A stretch of DNA of 64,000 bases from Paraspadella gotoi (lineage: Eukaryota; Animalia; Chaetognatha): assembly GCA_051294375.1 (NCBI GenBank), contig CM119269.1, positions 2,658,699-2,722,698 on the forward strand, read 5' to 3'. Under the pieces are notes generated by a model. That model did not search any database and was not told the origin of the DNA. It worked only from the letters and a program-made list of their open reading frames with translations. The translations under genes were made by a program, and so were the position numbers. Below, in pieces: positions 24,301-36,900 of this stretch (position 1 is its first letter; every line of letters begins with the position of its first letter).

Positions 24301-27300
24301 ACAACAATAACAGAAATGAGACAAATCAACTTCAACACTCGTCTCATTGAAGACCCAGATGCTCACTTGTTCGAATCCTTCGACGACGACGCTCAACTTC
24401 CTTTCCACTCGATCGGCAAAGACTCGCCCCTTCGCCACCTCCCGTCCGTCGCAGACTCCGCCGTCCCTCGTCGTCGTCGCCTCAACGCCCACTTCAACGT
24501 CGCCCGCCTCCGTCGCCTTCAAGCGGAACTCCCTGGTAACGACGCCGCCGCAGACGCAGAATTCAAAGCCGTTGGCGCCGCTGAGGACTTCGACGCCGTT
24601 GGCTACGTCGAGTCGGAGAGAAACGGGCAAGCAGGCGGAGAGGTAGTTGAAGGTTTGGACCTGTGGAAGTTTGGGAATTAGTTAATTCTATAATTCTTTC
24701 TTTAACAAACGATTGCATTTTTTCAAAATTTAAAAATTTGCTCCAATGAGATTGGATTGATTGATTGATACATAAATAAGTTCTTTAGAACATAATAGGT
24801 TATACAATAAGGCACATGATAGTGGGCAGTTGTAACTAATCATTGATATATCGCCGGTCATCATCGATTCCAACGGATGTCACCTTGAGCGGAAGCGACT
24901 CTCCTCTCACTGCCTCGTAGGGAAAGTGAACTCGAACGAAGAAATCCTGCGACGCCGTGAGCCCGATCTCCTTGGCAAAGCCCAAGCCGGCGCGCTCGGA
25001 GAGGCAGACGGCGCCGACGCGCCACTCGGTGATCGTGTCGGGAACTCTGGCGGCGACGACGGCGCTCTTCCCCGTCACGTTGACCAGTTTCCACAGCCAA
25101 GTCTCGGGGAAATTGGAGCGCGTAGCGGGCGCGCTGACCGCCGCTTCGTCAACCGACATCTCGGCGAAAGCGAGCTGAGCGATATCGTCCATTTTGTGCA
25201 TCATCCGCCCTCGATTCCGACCGCGCCACATTCTTGTAAAGACGGATGGGATGTTAATGTTATGAATGAACTTAAAACGCGCTAGAAAATAGCCTTAAAT
25301 AGCGCAACCAACTGATTTTCCGCCACAGTACTTAGTACATTGATTTAAATAGTTTATATCAAAAAAATTAAAAGTAAATATTTCTAGGTATGTTAAAGAA
25401 CCAAAAAAAATCGAAACTTAATCAACGTTCATTCCCCTCTTATCAAATTTCGTTTCAAAGACCTTACCCCATCTCACAAAGACCTTACCCCATCTCACAA
25501 AGACCTTACCCCATCTCACAAAGCTCAACCATGACATCCCCGACCGTCCGAAGATCCGTCACGAAAAAGTCCTCCATCGCCTCGCGACAGTCGGAGTTCT
25601 TCATCTCGTTCTTCGCGGGATACCTTTCCAACACCTTCGCCACCGTCACCCTCTCCACCGCCTCCAACAGCTCCACGCTCTTATCGACGCCGCTGAGTCC
25701 GCAGAGGGACGGCGCCGCTGGGGTCACCGTCAACTCCGTCTCAGCGCCGGGCGCCGTTCGATCGCCGGAATTGAAAGAGAGAGAGACGACATTCTCGAAA
25801 CAGGGCGCCAGATCGAGGAGCAGATGATCTGAGACGATCTCGACGCCGTTGAAGACGTAGACGACGACGCCGACTTTCGGCGACCAATTGGGATCGACGT
25901 CGAAGGCGACCACGCCCTCTTTTCTCAACGTCACCGTCCCGTGACGACGAATTCCGTTTCGCGCAAGAATTAAGAAAGTCGCTTGCTTCTCCTCTGCGTC
26001 CTTCGCCGAATCTTGTGAGCTATACTCGATCGAAACCGAAGCTCTCTCGCCACACTTCAGCTCAACAGGCTTCAGCTTGAGCGAATCGCCCGACAGAGAT
26101 CTCCAAGCCCGAAGGAAGAATGTGCCCGACGGCAGCAGCAAACGGTCCGCCCACAAGTGGTGCACGTTTTTAAATCTCGCCATCGCGATCGGCGTCAGTG
26201 GAAAACGACCTGATTTGGCCGTGAGTCCGGTACATTTCAAGGTGATGGACGCCGACGAGGAAATTGGCCGCGAGAGGTTGACGCCGACGACGCCGTCTCC
26301 ATCGACGGTGACGTTGAAGTCGTCGGTGTCGCCTTCCGACGCCAACTCGACTTGGATCCTCTCGTCGACGGCGGGTTTGCCGTTGGTGTAAGTCACCTGA
26401 AGGGAAAAGGTTGAATCGATGAAACGATGGACTCGGGGTGCAAAAGCATAGTTCCTTTGGAAATTGGTACACTCAATATGTAAAAAAAAACAAAACAAAA
26501 AAAAAACAACTGTTCTGCCTTTTGTCTTTGTGTTAACTAAAATTTTTATTGTCTTCATCTGTATTACAAGAAAATCAGCAAAACCTTTTACCTTCAAGCT
26601 TTCAAACAATTAAATCATGAAAGAATAACAGCTATTGCAATAAAACCACACCTTGATCTTAATCTCGTTGGTTACGTTTGCCTTGTATGAGTCGAATCCA
26701 CGAACGAGTTTGAATTCAATGAATTCGTTCGAGAGGTCGACGTTTTTTTTAACCTCGCGACGAATTTCGGTGCCAGACTCGATTATCTGGCCGAACAACA
26801 TGAAATTCCTGAGGAGAAAAAAAATGGCGAATGTTGAAGGCGGAACTGACGTATAGTAAGTCAAATCGTAGGTCACATAGTACGTCATATAACATCGCTC
26901 ACAATAACTCGGGGTGACAGTCAGAAACAAAGTAACCGAGTCACACTCCGACCTGTTTTAACCCGTCTCTTAAAAACAAGCCGCATCTACAACTTTCCCT
27001 TGTCATCTGCAATTCCAAATCCTTTCCACACGATCCATCCCACGGCACCTCGTTCCGCCGTATTCAGCTCCGCCTCCAAGCAACCCTTCTCCAAAGGCCC
27101 TCAAACTCTTGGCAGACTTCCGGATTCGGTTGCACCAAATCCGGCTCATCATTTCCCCCAGCACATCCGACGTTCCCGGCCGTGATGGTACCAGCCGCCG
27201 CGACACGCCTTTACGGCGGCCCGCCCGGCCACCGGGCCGCCGTGGGTGTATGTGCCGCACAGTCGGGCAATAGGATCGGGACTCGAAGGGTCCGAGTCGC

Positions 27301-27348
27301 CGACGGTAGATGGTGGACTCGAATTTGGGGAGGAGGTACTCGTCGACC

Positions 27349-27398
<50 letters not shown>

Positions 27399-29214
27399 AG
27401 AGAAAAGAGACATATACATAAGGCGTAGTGAAAGTTACATACAAAAATTCTAAAAGTCAATTATGAACAACATACCATCAGTGAACATTAATTTGTTAAA
27501 AAAAAATTAATTTATGTTTTTTAATTTTTCGCAGTAGGCTATATTATATATATAAGTATGACTATCCTTATAAAATCGAAAAATTTCAAAATAGGCTTTT
27601 CTTAATTTTGATTCAATTTGAATTCCTCTCAAAAGTTGATAAAAGAAAATATAAATCATTTTTACAAATTCTTTTCATTAAGTAGGTTAAAAATTAAAAA
27701 AACTATATTTAATATATAAAAAGTTAATTTTCGCTTCAAATATAGCTTTTTTAATTTTTGACCCACTTAATAAAGGAATTTTTCAAAAGAAGTTTTTTCT
27801 TTTTATCAACTTTTTATGACGAATCTAAATCTGGATTTTAAAAAAATGTTTTGCAAACATTTTTTAAAGTACTAGTATAAATACTGCGTAAATTGTAAAA
27901 TTTACTATTAAATTTTTTTATTACATAAATGTTCATAAGTATAATGTTGTTCGTTCCTCACTTTTATAATTTTAATTAAAAGTTAAATTTAGGAATTTTA
28001 CTACGCCTTAATATACAGATACAGATACAGAAAAAGAAACAAAGAAGTACGAAACGAAGTAAAAAAGCAACAACGGAAGCAAAACATTTTCACCTTAGTA
28101 AGGTCCTTACCTTGAACGATAGCGTTTCCTTTGAACCTTTAGAGTTGACGCACTCGATCGTGTAACTTCCCAGCATCGGCTCCAACTCGAGATGAAATTT
28201 CAAATCCTTGAGTCCCCCTTCCGGTTTTATGTTCAACCATTGACGCAACACGAACCTCCGTGGATTTTTTACGACGCATTTCTAAGACACACATTTCATT
28301 ATCAATTTCCAGTCGAAGATGAATTTCATAAATTTTGAAATTTTTTAAATAAAGAAATGAACAACTGGTAAAATAAAGGAATGAATAAAAGAATAAGAGA
28401 ATGTAGATATGAATGATTGAATGAATGAATAAATGAAATGAATGAATGAAAAAATGAAAGAATGAAAGAATGAAATTCATTTTTTTGTGCCGTGTCATCG
28501 GGTCCATTCAAAAGAGAAAAAAAAATAGGTATTCCTCTACGGCCCTTCTATTCTCACGAACGATATGAGATTCAGGTTTTAAAATCGTTCTTACGTTAAT
28601 TACGCTGTCATCAGGCTTCAGCTCGTCCGTCAACTTCAAAAGTCTGATGTTGACCGTTTGTCCCGGTTTGAAGACCGACTTGTCCGTCTCTATGAACATC
28701 AAGGCGCCTCCCTCGGCGCCTTTTCTCTTTTCCCCAGCTTCGGCCAAGGAGGTGGAGTTGAGAAGTTCCAAGTCGTTCGTCGCTCAAAATAAAAACCAAA
28801 ATCTAATTTGCATTTTACACTCTATTTCTCTTGAATTATTTTTGAGATTTTAGGACGTATTAATTTCGTAGTCATTCAGACAAAATAGATGCAAATAAAC
28901 CTTTAAGTAAAACTACTCTTTTAGCATATTAGTTTTTGTAGTTTCTGTAGTGTAGCTTACAAAACAAAAACCAATCTTGGCAGGGACTCACTCGAATTCA
29001 TGGCGAAGACATGCAAGTAAGGAAACTCATTTTGCTTGTCAGTCGGAGAAAATTTTACGAGATAGTTCTTTACTTCGTTCCCAACGGTCGGTTCCAGGGT
29101 TAGATCTCGGGACCCGATCACCGACGAATCACCCAACTTGGCGCGATGTGCCATTCGGGATTCTGTGAAAAGCACGGAAATTTATGATGAGGGGCTTGAG
29201 GAAAGTAATTATAA

Positions 29215-29262
<48 letters not shown>

Positions 29263-30099
29263 AATAGTGACAGAAGGTATGGAAAATAAGGAAGAAAAAA
29301 ACGAACTGGTGACAAATATCGTGATCGATGTTCGGGTCTCCACGTTCCACGTCGACAGCAAACCGGTGACGCCATCTTTGAACGAAGCGAAACGAGGGAC
29401 CGAGAGAAGGTAGCGGAACTTCCGGTCGGCCTGAAAGAAAGAAAAATAAGAAAGATTTACGTGCGTCCACTGCGCCCTCTCCAGTTGCTTTCTTTAATTT
29501 GTTTTTCACTCTTTGTTGTCTACTTGTTTTTCATTCGTTTCGTTTAGGTTGTTTTGTTTTTTCAAGGCGTCAAGGCCTCGCGACTTCTGAGAACAGGGGG
29601 GGGGGGACTCGAAAGCTTTCCGAGGTCGGTCGACCCTTCCGTTTTCAATTTACAGTCGCAGCGAGGCGCCGTGGTCGAAAAAACAACATCGAATTTTTTT
29701 TGGGGGGGGAACTACAGGCTAGGAAACAGCTCTTAACTGTTAGAGTGCTCCACCGTTACAGTCACAGTCACTGTTACAGTCACAATTCCGTCGAAGAGGA
29801 ATTCGCTGAGGCGAACATAATAAAAAACCTCACTTTATAAAACAATCGAAAATGGCGAAAAGTTCATTACAGTTGTGAGATAGCTGACTGGCTAAGAAAG
29901 GTATCTGAGCACCAAATAACATTTAAGCGAATAAATATTGAATCTACATAGTACTTACAACAATGCTCGGAACTTCCATATATAACCGGCAATCAAACGT
30001 AAACATAAGTAATCTGCAATTCAATGATTCGCCTACCGTCGACGAAGCGACGACGAAAATCAAGAGAAATAATAATTTCCAGGGACGAATGGAGTTCAT
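20956..30099 (-). CDS. Thioester-containing protein (alpha-2-macroglobulin / CD109 / TEP family), multi-exon, apparently complete gene; a few indels probably assembly errors
   Basis: Manual splicing: exon 1 30099-30037 MNSIRPWKLLFLLIFVVASST (signal peptide, GTAGGC donor); exon 2 29430-29307 ADRKFRYLLSVPRF (MG1); FIETDKSVFKPGQTV (MG2, ~28.7k); VDEYLLPKF (MG3, ~27.35k); CGLSGVDKSVELL (~25.7k); bait then RSNFPETWLW (~25.1k); RMPCGCGEQTM thioester (GCGEQ at 23793-23807); SAWLTGFVLKCF; GRVIHTEMKG; DVETTSYALL; GGFESTQDT; SGMYIAEANLPTGW, VYFDEL and VVAYDYYQP (MG8/receptor-binding domain); stop at 20956-20958. GT-AG boundaries seen at most junctions. Confidence 0.95.
25456..25523. repeat. 21-bp tandem repeat x3 spanning a TEP exon end and splice donor
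   Basis: CAAAGACCTTACCCCATCTCA x3 (minus strand TGAGATGG|GTAAGGTCTTTG); also present, degenerate, in the inverted copy at ~12780-12840. Confidence 0.9.
27421..28008. mobile_element. Degenerate foldback MITE in a TEP intron, putative TA target-site duplication
   Basis: Termini TA|AGGCGTAGTGAAA ... TTTTACTACGCCT|TA. Internal mirror blocks: GTGAACATT/AATGTTCAT, CGCAGTA/TACTGCG, AAAAGTTGATAAAA/TTTTATCAACTTTT, ATTAAGTAGGTTAAAAATTAAAAAAACTATATTT/AAATATAGCTTTTTTAATTTTTGACCCACTTAAT; centre ~27724. Confidence 0.75.
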
Positions 30100-30349
30100 C
30101 TTTGGTCTGAAGACTAAAGACGAACGGCGATAGACGAAGGACGAACTTTAGGAAACAAATTATTTTTGCTTTTATTATTTTGTAGGTCTTCTTTTTTTCC
30201 TAGAGGGCGGCGGAAGATATAGAAAAGGAGAACAAGAGGCGAATTTTGAATTTTCTCGCTTTTGTTCTTAACAAACAGCGTTAAAGTTTGAACCATTGTT
30301 TAGGAAAGTAAAAGAAAAGAAGGGAAAAAGATAAATTCTTTGAAAAAAT

Positions 30350-30406
<57 letters not shown>

Positions 30407-31216
30407 TGAGAGAGAGGAGAGGAGAGAGAGAGAGGAGGAAGGAAGAGAGAGCAGCTTTGAGACATTCCAGTTTGGTTATCAGTTTTAGTCCAACTCCAAG
30501 AGCCGATTCATTTTGAGTAAGGGGCGTCTTTCAACGCATCACATGATTTTGTTCTTATCGTATCTTCGGAAAAATAATATCGTATTACGTAAATACTGTC
30601 AGTGTTGGGCCATAGCAAATTAGGCTTAAAATTAAGGATCCCCAGGATGCGACCCTTTCTCGTTTTCTGTTCTACACTTAAGGCTAAGTATTAAAAAAAA
30701 AAATTGAGCTAAACTTTCAGCGCATCGCTCAATGACATGAAATAAAAAGATTTACATATACTAATGGTAATTTAATTTCATAAAATATATCATAATTAGA
30801 AGTAGATATATTTACAATACGAGTATTTTTCCTCTTAATTAACCATAACTATTGGAGTCTCGGAAATTCTTGACGGATGCTTCTGTTCGAAGTGATAAAA
30901 ACAAAAAGAGAGGAAGATATAAGAGGGAAGATGAGAGTGTTCAAAGAAGACCAGCGATGGAAGAAAGAAAAGCAGAGAGAGAAGAATCGCTCGTGATATT
31001 CTGCACTTAGTTATTCCCGGGGAAAAAAGATTACTGCTCTCTGTCTCTGTCCGTCCTGATCGTGTCGTTTGCGTGAACTAAGGGAAAGAGAGAGAGAGAG
31101 AGAGAGAGAAAGAAGAAAAAAAAACAAGAGGCGAGATTATAAGACTTCAATTTTACGTATGGCGGTAAACCATAGGGGATAATGGTTCTCTTTTAAATCT
31201 TGGTTATGGTTGCTAT

Positions 31217-31510
31217 TGCCATCTCCTCTTTCTATTTCATAATTCCATTCAATGCCATCTCCCCTCTCTATTTCATAATTCCATTCAATGCCATCTCCTC
31301 TTTCTATTTCATAATCCCATTCAGTGCCATCTCCTCATTTTATTTTATAATCCCATTCAATGCCATCTCCTCTTTTTATTTCATAATTGCATTCAATGCC
31401 ATCTCCTCTCTCTATTTCATAATTCCATTCAATGCCATCTCCTCTTTCTATTTCACAATTCCATTCAATGCCATCTCCTCTTTTTATCTCATAATTCCAT
31501 TCAATGCCAT
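31217..31510. repeat. 36-bp minisatellite, ~8 copies
   Basis: Unit GCCATCTCCTCTTTCTATTTCATAATTCCATTCAAT; it produces the spurious AISSFYFIIPFN repeat ORF. Confidence 0.95.
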
Positions 31511-31642
31511 TCCTTTCCTCTCGAAGACGATTATCCCTTTCGTCCCAAAGTCTTGAAAATTGGTCCTCGTAATAAATCTTTGGATTTCATTAGACTCTTC
31601 ATCTCGCCTCACTCCTGAGTGCCTATTTGGTGCTTTCTTTCT

Positions 31643-31695
<53 letters not shown>

Positions 31696-31751
31696 TTTCT
31701 TTCTTTCTTCTCTTTCTTTTCTTTTCTTTTTTCTTTCCTTATCTCTCTTCT

Positions 31752-31839
<88 letters not shown>

Positions 31840-32003
31840 AATGGATGATTCCCTCGACGCTCCCTCTTCAATCGGAGACGGTCGCCTCTCCCAGTCGTCG
31901 TCCCAACGGCGCCGTCACAATCACCCATCCCTCGTATTTCATTGCGGGATCCGCGACAGAGACCGTCCACCGCTTGTCCTCCCTTTTTCTTTTTTACTCT
32001 CTT

Positions 32004-32039
<36 letters not shown>

Positions 32040-32581
32040 GTGACCAAAATCAGGGCTTAATCCATCCACCCCTCCCGCCCTACCTCGTTTTTAAAGTCAT
32101 CAAGAACAGGCTTCCCAACGCCTGTCTTCACCTAGGATCCAAGATCGTCATTTAGGCACGACCTCCGCCTGTACCTGAGCCTGTAACTGGACCGGTACCT
32201 GGACCTGTACCTGGGTCTGGACCGTACCTGTAATCTTTATCTAATATATTATCTCGGTACATGCGATGACTCTCAAAAGAATTACTTTTGCTTTATTGGG
32301 CATTGCTCCAGCCCAACTTCTATTTTTTTTTTCTTGGCCCATAGCTCCACTTTAGCCCAACCCCTAACTTTCCGTTTCGTGGCCATTGCTCAATGCTCGA
32401 TTCCAGCCCAACCTAGAATTTTCTGCGTCCTGAACACCAACTCCCCTTTTTTCTTATTCGTTCCTCCCACTCGAGTCTCCTTCCTTCCCCTTGGCTGGGA
32501 AAGTTTTTTCTTTTGAGATTCTTGTGATAATCAAGTCATAAGTTGCTTTTGTCTTCCCCATATGGTTCAAAAGAAAGGGAG

Positions 32582-32631
<50 letters not shown>

Positions 32632-33504
32632 TAACATAAACCAAGTTGAAAAGTAAAAATTATCTCTTATATTTTTTTTATTTTTTTTATATTTAATACC
32701 AAAAACAGTATTAACATAATCATAAACAGGAAGAGTGTAAAAGACTGGAAAACTAAAAACTAAACTACTACTACTACTACTACTAAAAAACAAAAATAAA
32801 TAAAACAAATCAAGCAGCGAATCCGAGCTAATAAAAAACAAGAACTGGAAAGTTCAAGATGTTGCGCCGCAGTGATTGTCTTGTATGATTATAAGTATTT
32901 CCCGATAATCATATTATATAAAGCATATGCACAAGAGGCATCATATGGTTTATTACTTATTTGTTAAGTATTATATTAGTTAAAAAAACCAAATATCATT
33001 TAAAATAAGCCACATTTAATTATGCTTCATCACTTGACTAAACAAATATAAAACATATGCATTTGAAACATTTACTGATAAATTACAAATCTGCATAGTA
33101 TTAACTTAGATGACCCGGTATTTCATGAATCATACCACTTTGAGTTTTTGGTCATGTGATCCATCTTTTGGGTGATCACGTGACTGCACAAGTTCGTAAC
33201 ATATTCACATTAAAGGTCTCATGGTACCTTAACAATATTCCCAAATACGTACTTAATTGATGCCGTATCACTCGAGTAATGAACATTTAAAAGTTAAGTG
33301 GGACGGACAGACCGATCGATCGACCGACCGAGTTGCTTCACGAATACTCGCAGCGCAACTCACAACGGATAAAGCGCAGAGAAGGACGAGGCTCTTTTGA
33401 AGGTCTGCTTCTCCGAGGGAAAAAATATGCGCATAAAAAATAAGTTCGATTATCCACTTACCAAAATGTTCTGGCGAGATTTAGTCATCGCCAAGGCGGT
33501 GAGC

Positions 33505-33541
<37 letters not shown>

Positions 33542-33949
33542 TAACATAATGGACAATCGACCAATCGACCAACCAATCGACTTGAGTTCACAACTTGAGT
33601 TCACACGCTGTAAGCCGTAAGGTTGACTGGCGTTTACTTTGCCTCTCTGGCGACTAATAAACAATAAACTTAGATTTCTACAATGATTCAGACAAGCTCA
33701 GATGTTTATGATTTTTTTATCGAAATTTTCATATAATTCAGAAATCATTGAAAATCATGAAAAGTTTCGGTTGACTTTTGATTTCATTCTGTTACATCGT
33801 TAGATGTCATTCTTTCTTTTTCTTTTACTTTGTCTCGGCAAAGACACAGATCTCTTGGCATAACAATATGAATGTGATATGAATTAGATTTTACAGCTTT
33901 TTAATATATACCAACTAAATAATGTAGGATGAAATAAATATTAGTTACC

Positions 33950-36900
33950 TTAGATCCCAAGCAGCCCACGATATTCGTAAGGTGCATAAGTGAGTGTCTG
34001 TTTGAAAAATTGGTCGTAGTTAAAAAGAGTAAACAAGTTTATCAGGTATTATAAAAAATATATAAGCGAGCTTCGTCATTGTGCGCTACAAATTACAATA
34101 CATTCTTTTCATACGTACATATTGAAATAGAGCTATTGTCTTGACAATTATTTTTAGTCCTTGTTTCTTTTTGGTATTACCTCCAATTACATCTCCCCGA
34201 TTGATATTCATTAAGTCGATTTTATAATCTTGAATATCTTTGCTCACTGTTTCATCGTTAATAGTGCTTGCTTTTTGTTTTCTTTGGAGAAACCCAGTAA
34301 AAACAACGTTACCCGGTGAGACCTTTTATAGTGGTTTAAAAAAGCAGTTTTTTTCAGGAAATCTGATTTATTTCTTTATTTATAATTATTTTTCCAATTG
34401 GGAGATTCACCTTTATGGCTACAAAATATATTAATATATCTCCTTCAGTAAATTGGAAACATTCCCTGACTTTAACGAACTCAAATTGGACACAAAGATG
34501 GATTTTTTTAATTCTAGCGTTAATAATATTTAATAATACGGCGCCAACATCCGCAGCAACTGATGGAGAGACATTGGTTCCCTCGGGCCAGTAACAACTG
34601 CAGAATTCCAAGGGAATTCCCGCCGTTTGGCAGGTGCGGTTTTCGGGTATCGAAGTCATGAGGGAAAATCTTCGAGCTAAAATGAAGACGCAGCAATAAA
34701 TAACTATTGAGCTAAAAGGGAAACACGATGCGGGGATAAAACCTTTCCTACCTTCGGAGCCAAGTCCAGGCACAATGGAATCACCTTTCCATCGATCCGT
34801 TCGCGTTGCAAGATGTAACAAATGTCTTAAGGTCTCGTTAATGTCGTAGGTACTAACAAGACGTTTAGTATTAGCGACGGCGGCAGCGTACAAACTCGGA
34901 TATCGTTGGCGAAACCAATCAGGAAAGACGATGAACAGCATGGGCATACTGTCTTCATGCCTTCCGACGCTCGTAGCAAAGAGGTCGGACTGTCGAAATC
35001 CGTGATCAGCCCACAAGAAGAGAATTGAATTGTCGAGATGACCACGATCCTTGTGGGAAAATAATAAGCAATCAACTTTCACCAAATCTTCAACAAATGT
35101 GAATTGTGCAATCAACCTTCATCTTCATCAGCAACTGTAGCGAAGGTTTCTCTGCTTGTTTCAAACCGTTCAAACGTGAGTGGGTCCACTCCACAGCCAT
35201 AGTGTAGGTGAAAAGAGAGTCATTGAAAGCGGCATGCGCATCTAGCGTTTTCAAGAACCAATCATAAATAAGGTCTCCCCACGATTTTCCTCCCACGCAT
35301 TTGTTCTTGTAAGGATCTGCAAAAATATTGTTGATAATTTCAATATTTTAATAATGAAAAAAAAAATTTAGGATAGAACGACTGCAACAGAATGTGCTAA
35401 ATGATGAAAGAAAAAAATTTTTTTATTCATTATGATATATTATTACAAAAAATCGTTTTATTAATCTTTTGATTGACTGATATCAATAAAAAGAAACCTC
35501 CAGCGGCCAGAGCCATGGGTTTAAAGGCGTGGTCGATTTTTCTATAGTCTGCTGGCCATGCGCAACATGTTGAAGCCCAATCGTCCCCAAATGCGGTCCA
35601 ATACCCATTCGAAGCAAACGAGGTCCAGACAAGGTCTTCCGCTTTCGGATAATTTCTAGGATACTTACCACCAGAAAATAACGCAGCCATATTAGGGTTA
35701 GACTTCAACCAACCTATCAAATTTTCCATGATATTATAATATATACCAAAAAGTAAATAAAGATGATATCGGAGGGAGGATTTTTCTCTCACCTTGTTGT
35801 AACCGTAAAACTCCAAGGCTCCCAGTTGAGTGGTCAAATAATTTCTCAATTTAGGCAAATACCTAATAGTGTTAAGTCTCGAAGTTGAATCCATTGCAAG
35901 AATGTGGACATTGAATCGACATGGTAAGTCAGTTGGCGACGATTTGGCGCAAAGGTTCGCCCACTCTCCTTCCGGCTCGCCACCTTGGGATCTCGATACG
36001 GCAGATTTACGAGAAGAGCATCTTCTTCGCGCTTTTCGCACCAGATCTTTGCGTAGCTGGCATTAATGGTGGTCGAGTCATTGGCGTCGAACCGTACTGG
36101 CCTCATTATCCCCTTTTTCCTTGTTGGAAGTAACGAGTAGAAGCAGTGGCCCACGGAGGATTCAGTCAGAGGACGTTTTAAGAAAACCGTATTTTTCTGA
36201 GTCATGGAAGAATGATGAAATGGAGATTAATTTGATGAAGATTATTTAATCTTTTATTACTTATTAGCCCCTTCACCTTCTCAACATAAGATTATTTTAG
36301 AAAGAAATTATACTTTGGAAAAAGGCAGTTGTGGCGAATCCTAAATTCGCCTCCCGTATAGCTTGGTGAAACTCAGCTTTGAAAGCTAAGTACTCGTTCA
36401 CCAACCATGAGTTCCGTGTTCAATCCCCTCACGGTCACGCTGGTTAAAGTGTGATGGTGTTGACACGCCAGTGACATTGGGTGGTCACTGGTCAGTGCAG
36501 GTCTAAAGCCCTGAGCGCCAGCTGTTGAGAGATGCTAAACACCCCTGGCATCACACATGTCCCCCCGTTGCCATACAGTCTCATTTTAATATGATTCTGC
36601 CCAATTCTGTAATTTATTAAGGTTGCTATGGGCCCATGGCTACCAAACGGTCACTTTGATTTCGAAGATCCTTTCATTCGCTTTGCATTTCAGCTCCTCA
36701 TCCTTCTGATCGAGGATGTAGAGGATCGAGGCGTTGAAAGGGTCGATATCGGGGACGACGCAACCGCTCGTCGAGATCAGCGGCTTTGCCTTTGACAGTC
36801 AAACAAAAAGGGAATTTTGAATGAACAACACCGACTTTTCGTAGCCAAATCGCTCGCACATCTAACTCTCCCTCCCAACGAAGAATTTTAAAAAAATCAC

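Larger units (their letters stand above)
11192..26992. repeat. Large inverted duplication: arms ~11192-19020 and ~19201-26992, unique spacer ~19030-19200
   Basis: Direct reading: e.g. ATGTTAAACAATTAAACAAACTGGCGTTA at ~18881 mirrors TAACGCCAGTTTGTTTAATTGTTTAACAT at ~19233; the mirror continues out to GATGCGG..TTTTAAGAGACGGGTTAAA at both outer ends. Confidence 0.95.

Noticed and set aside
31200-31556. Hydrophobic 12-aa repeat protein
   Set aside because: 36-bp minisatellite without a real start codon or splice support.
32150-32232. Protamine-like RSRPRYRSRYR frame on the minus strand
   Set aside because: Short degenerate 6/12-bp repeat; all three frames give repetitive peptides and no gene structure is evident.
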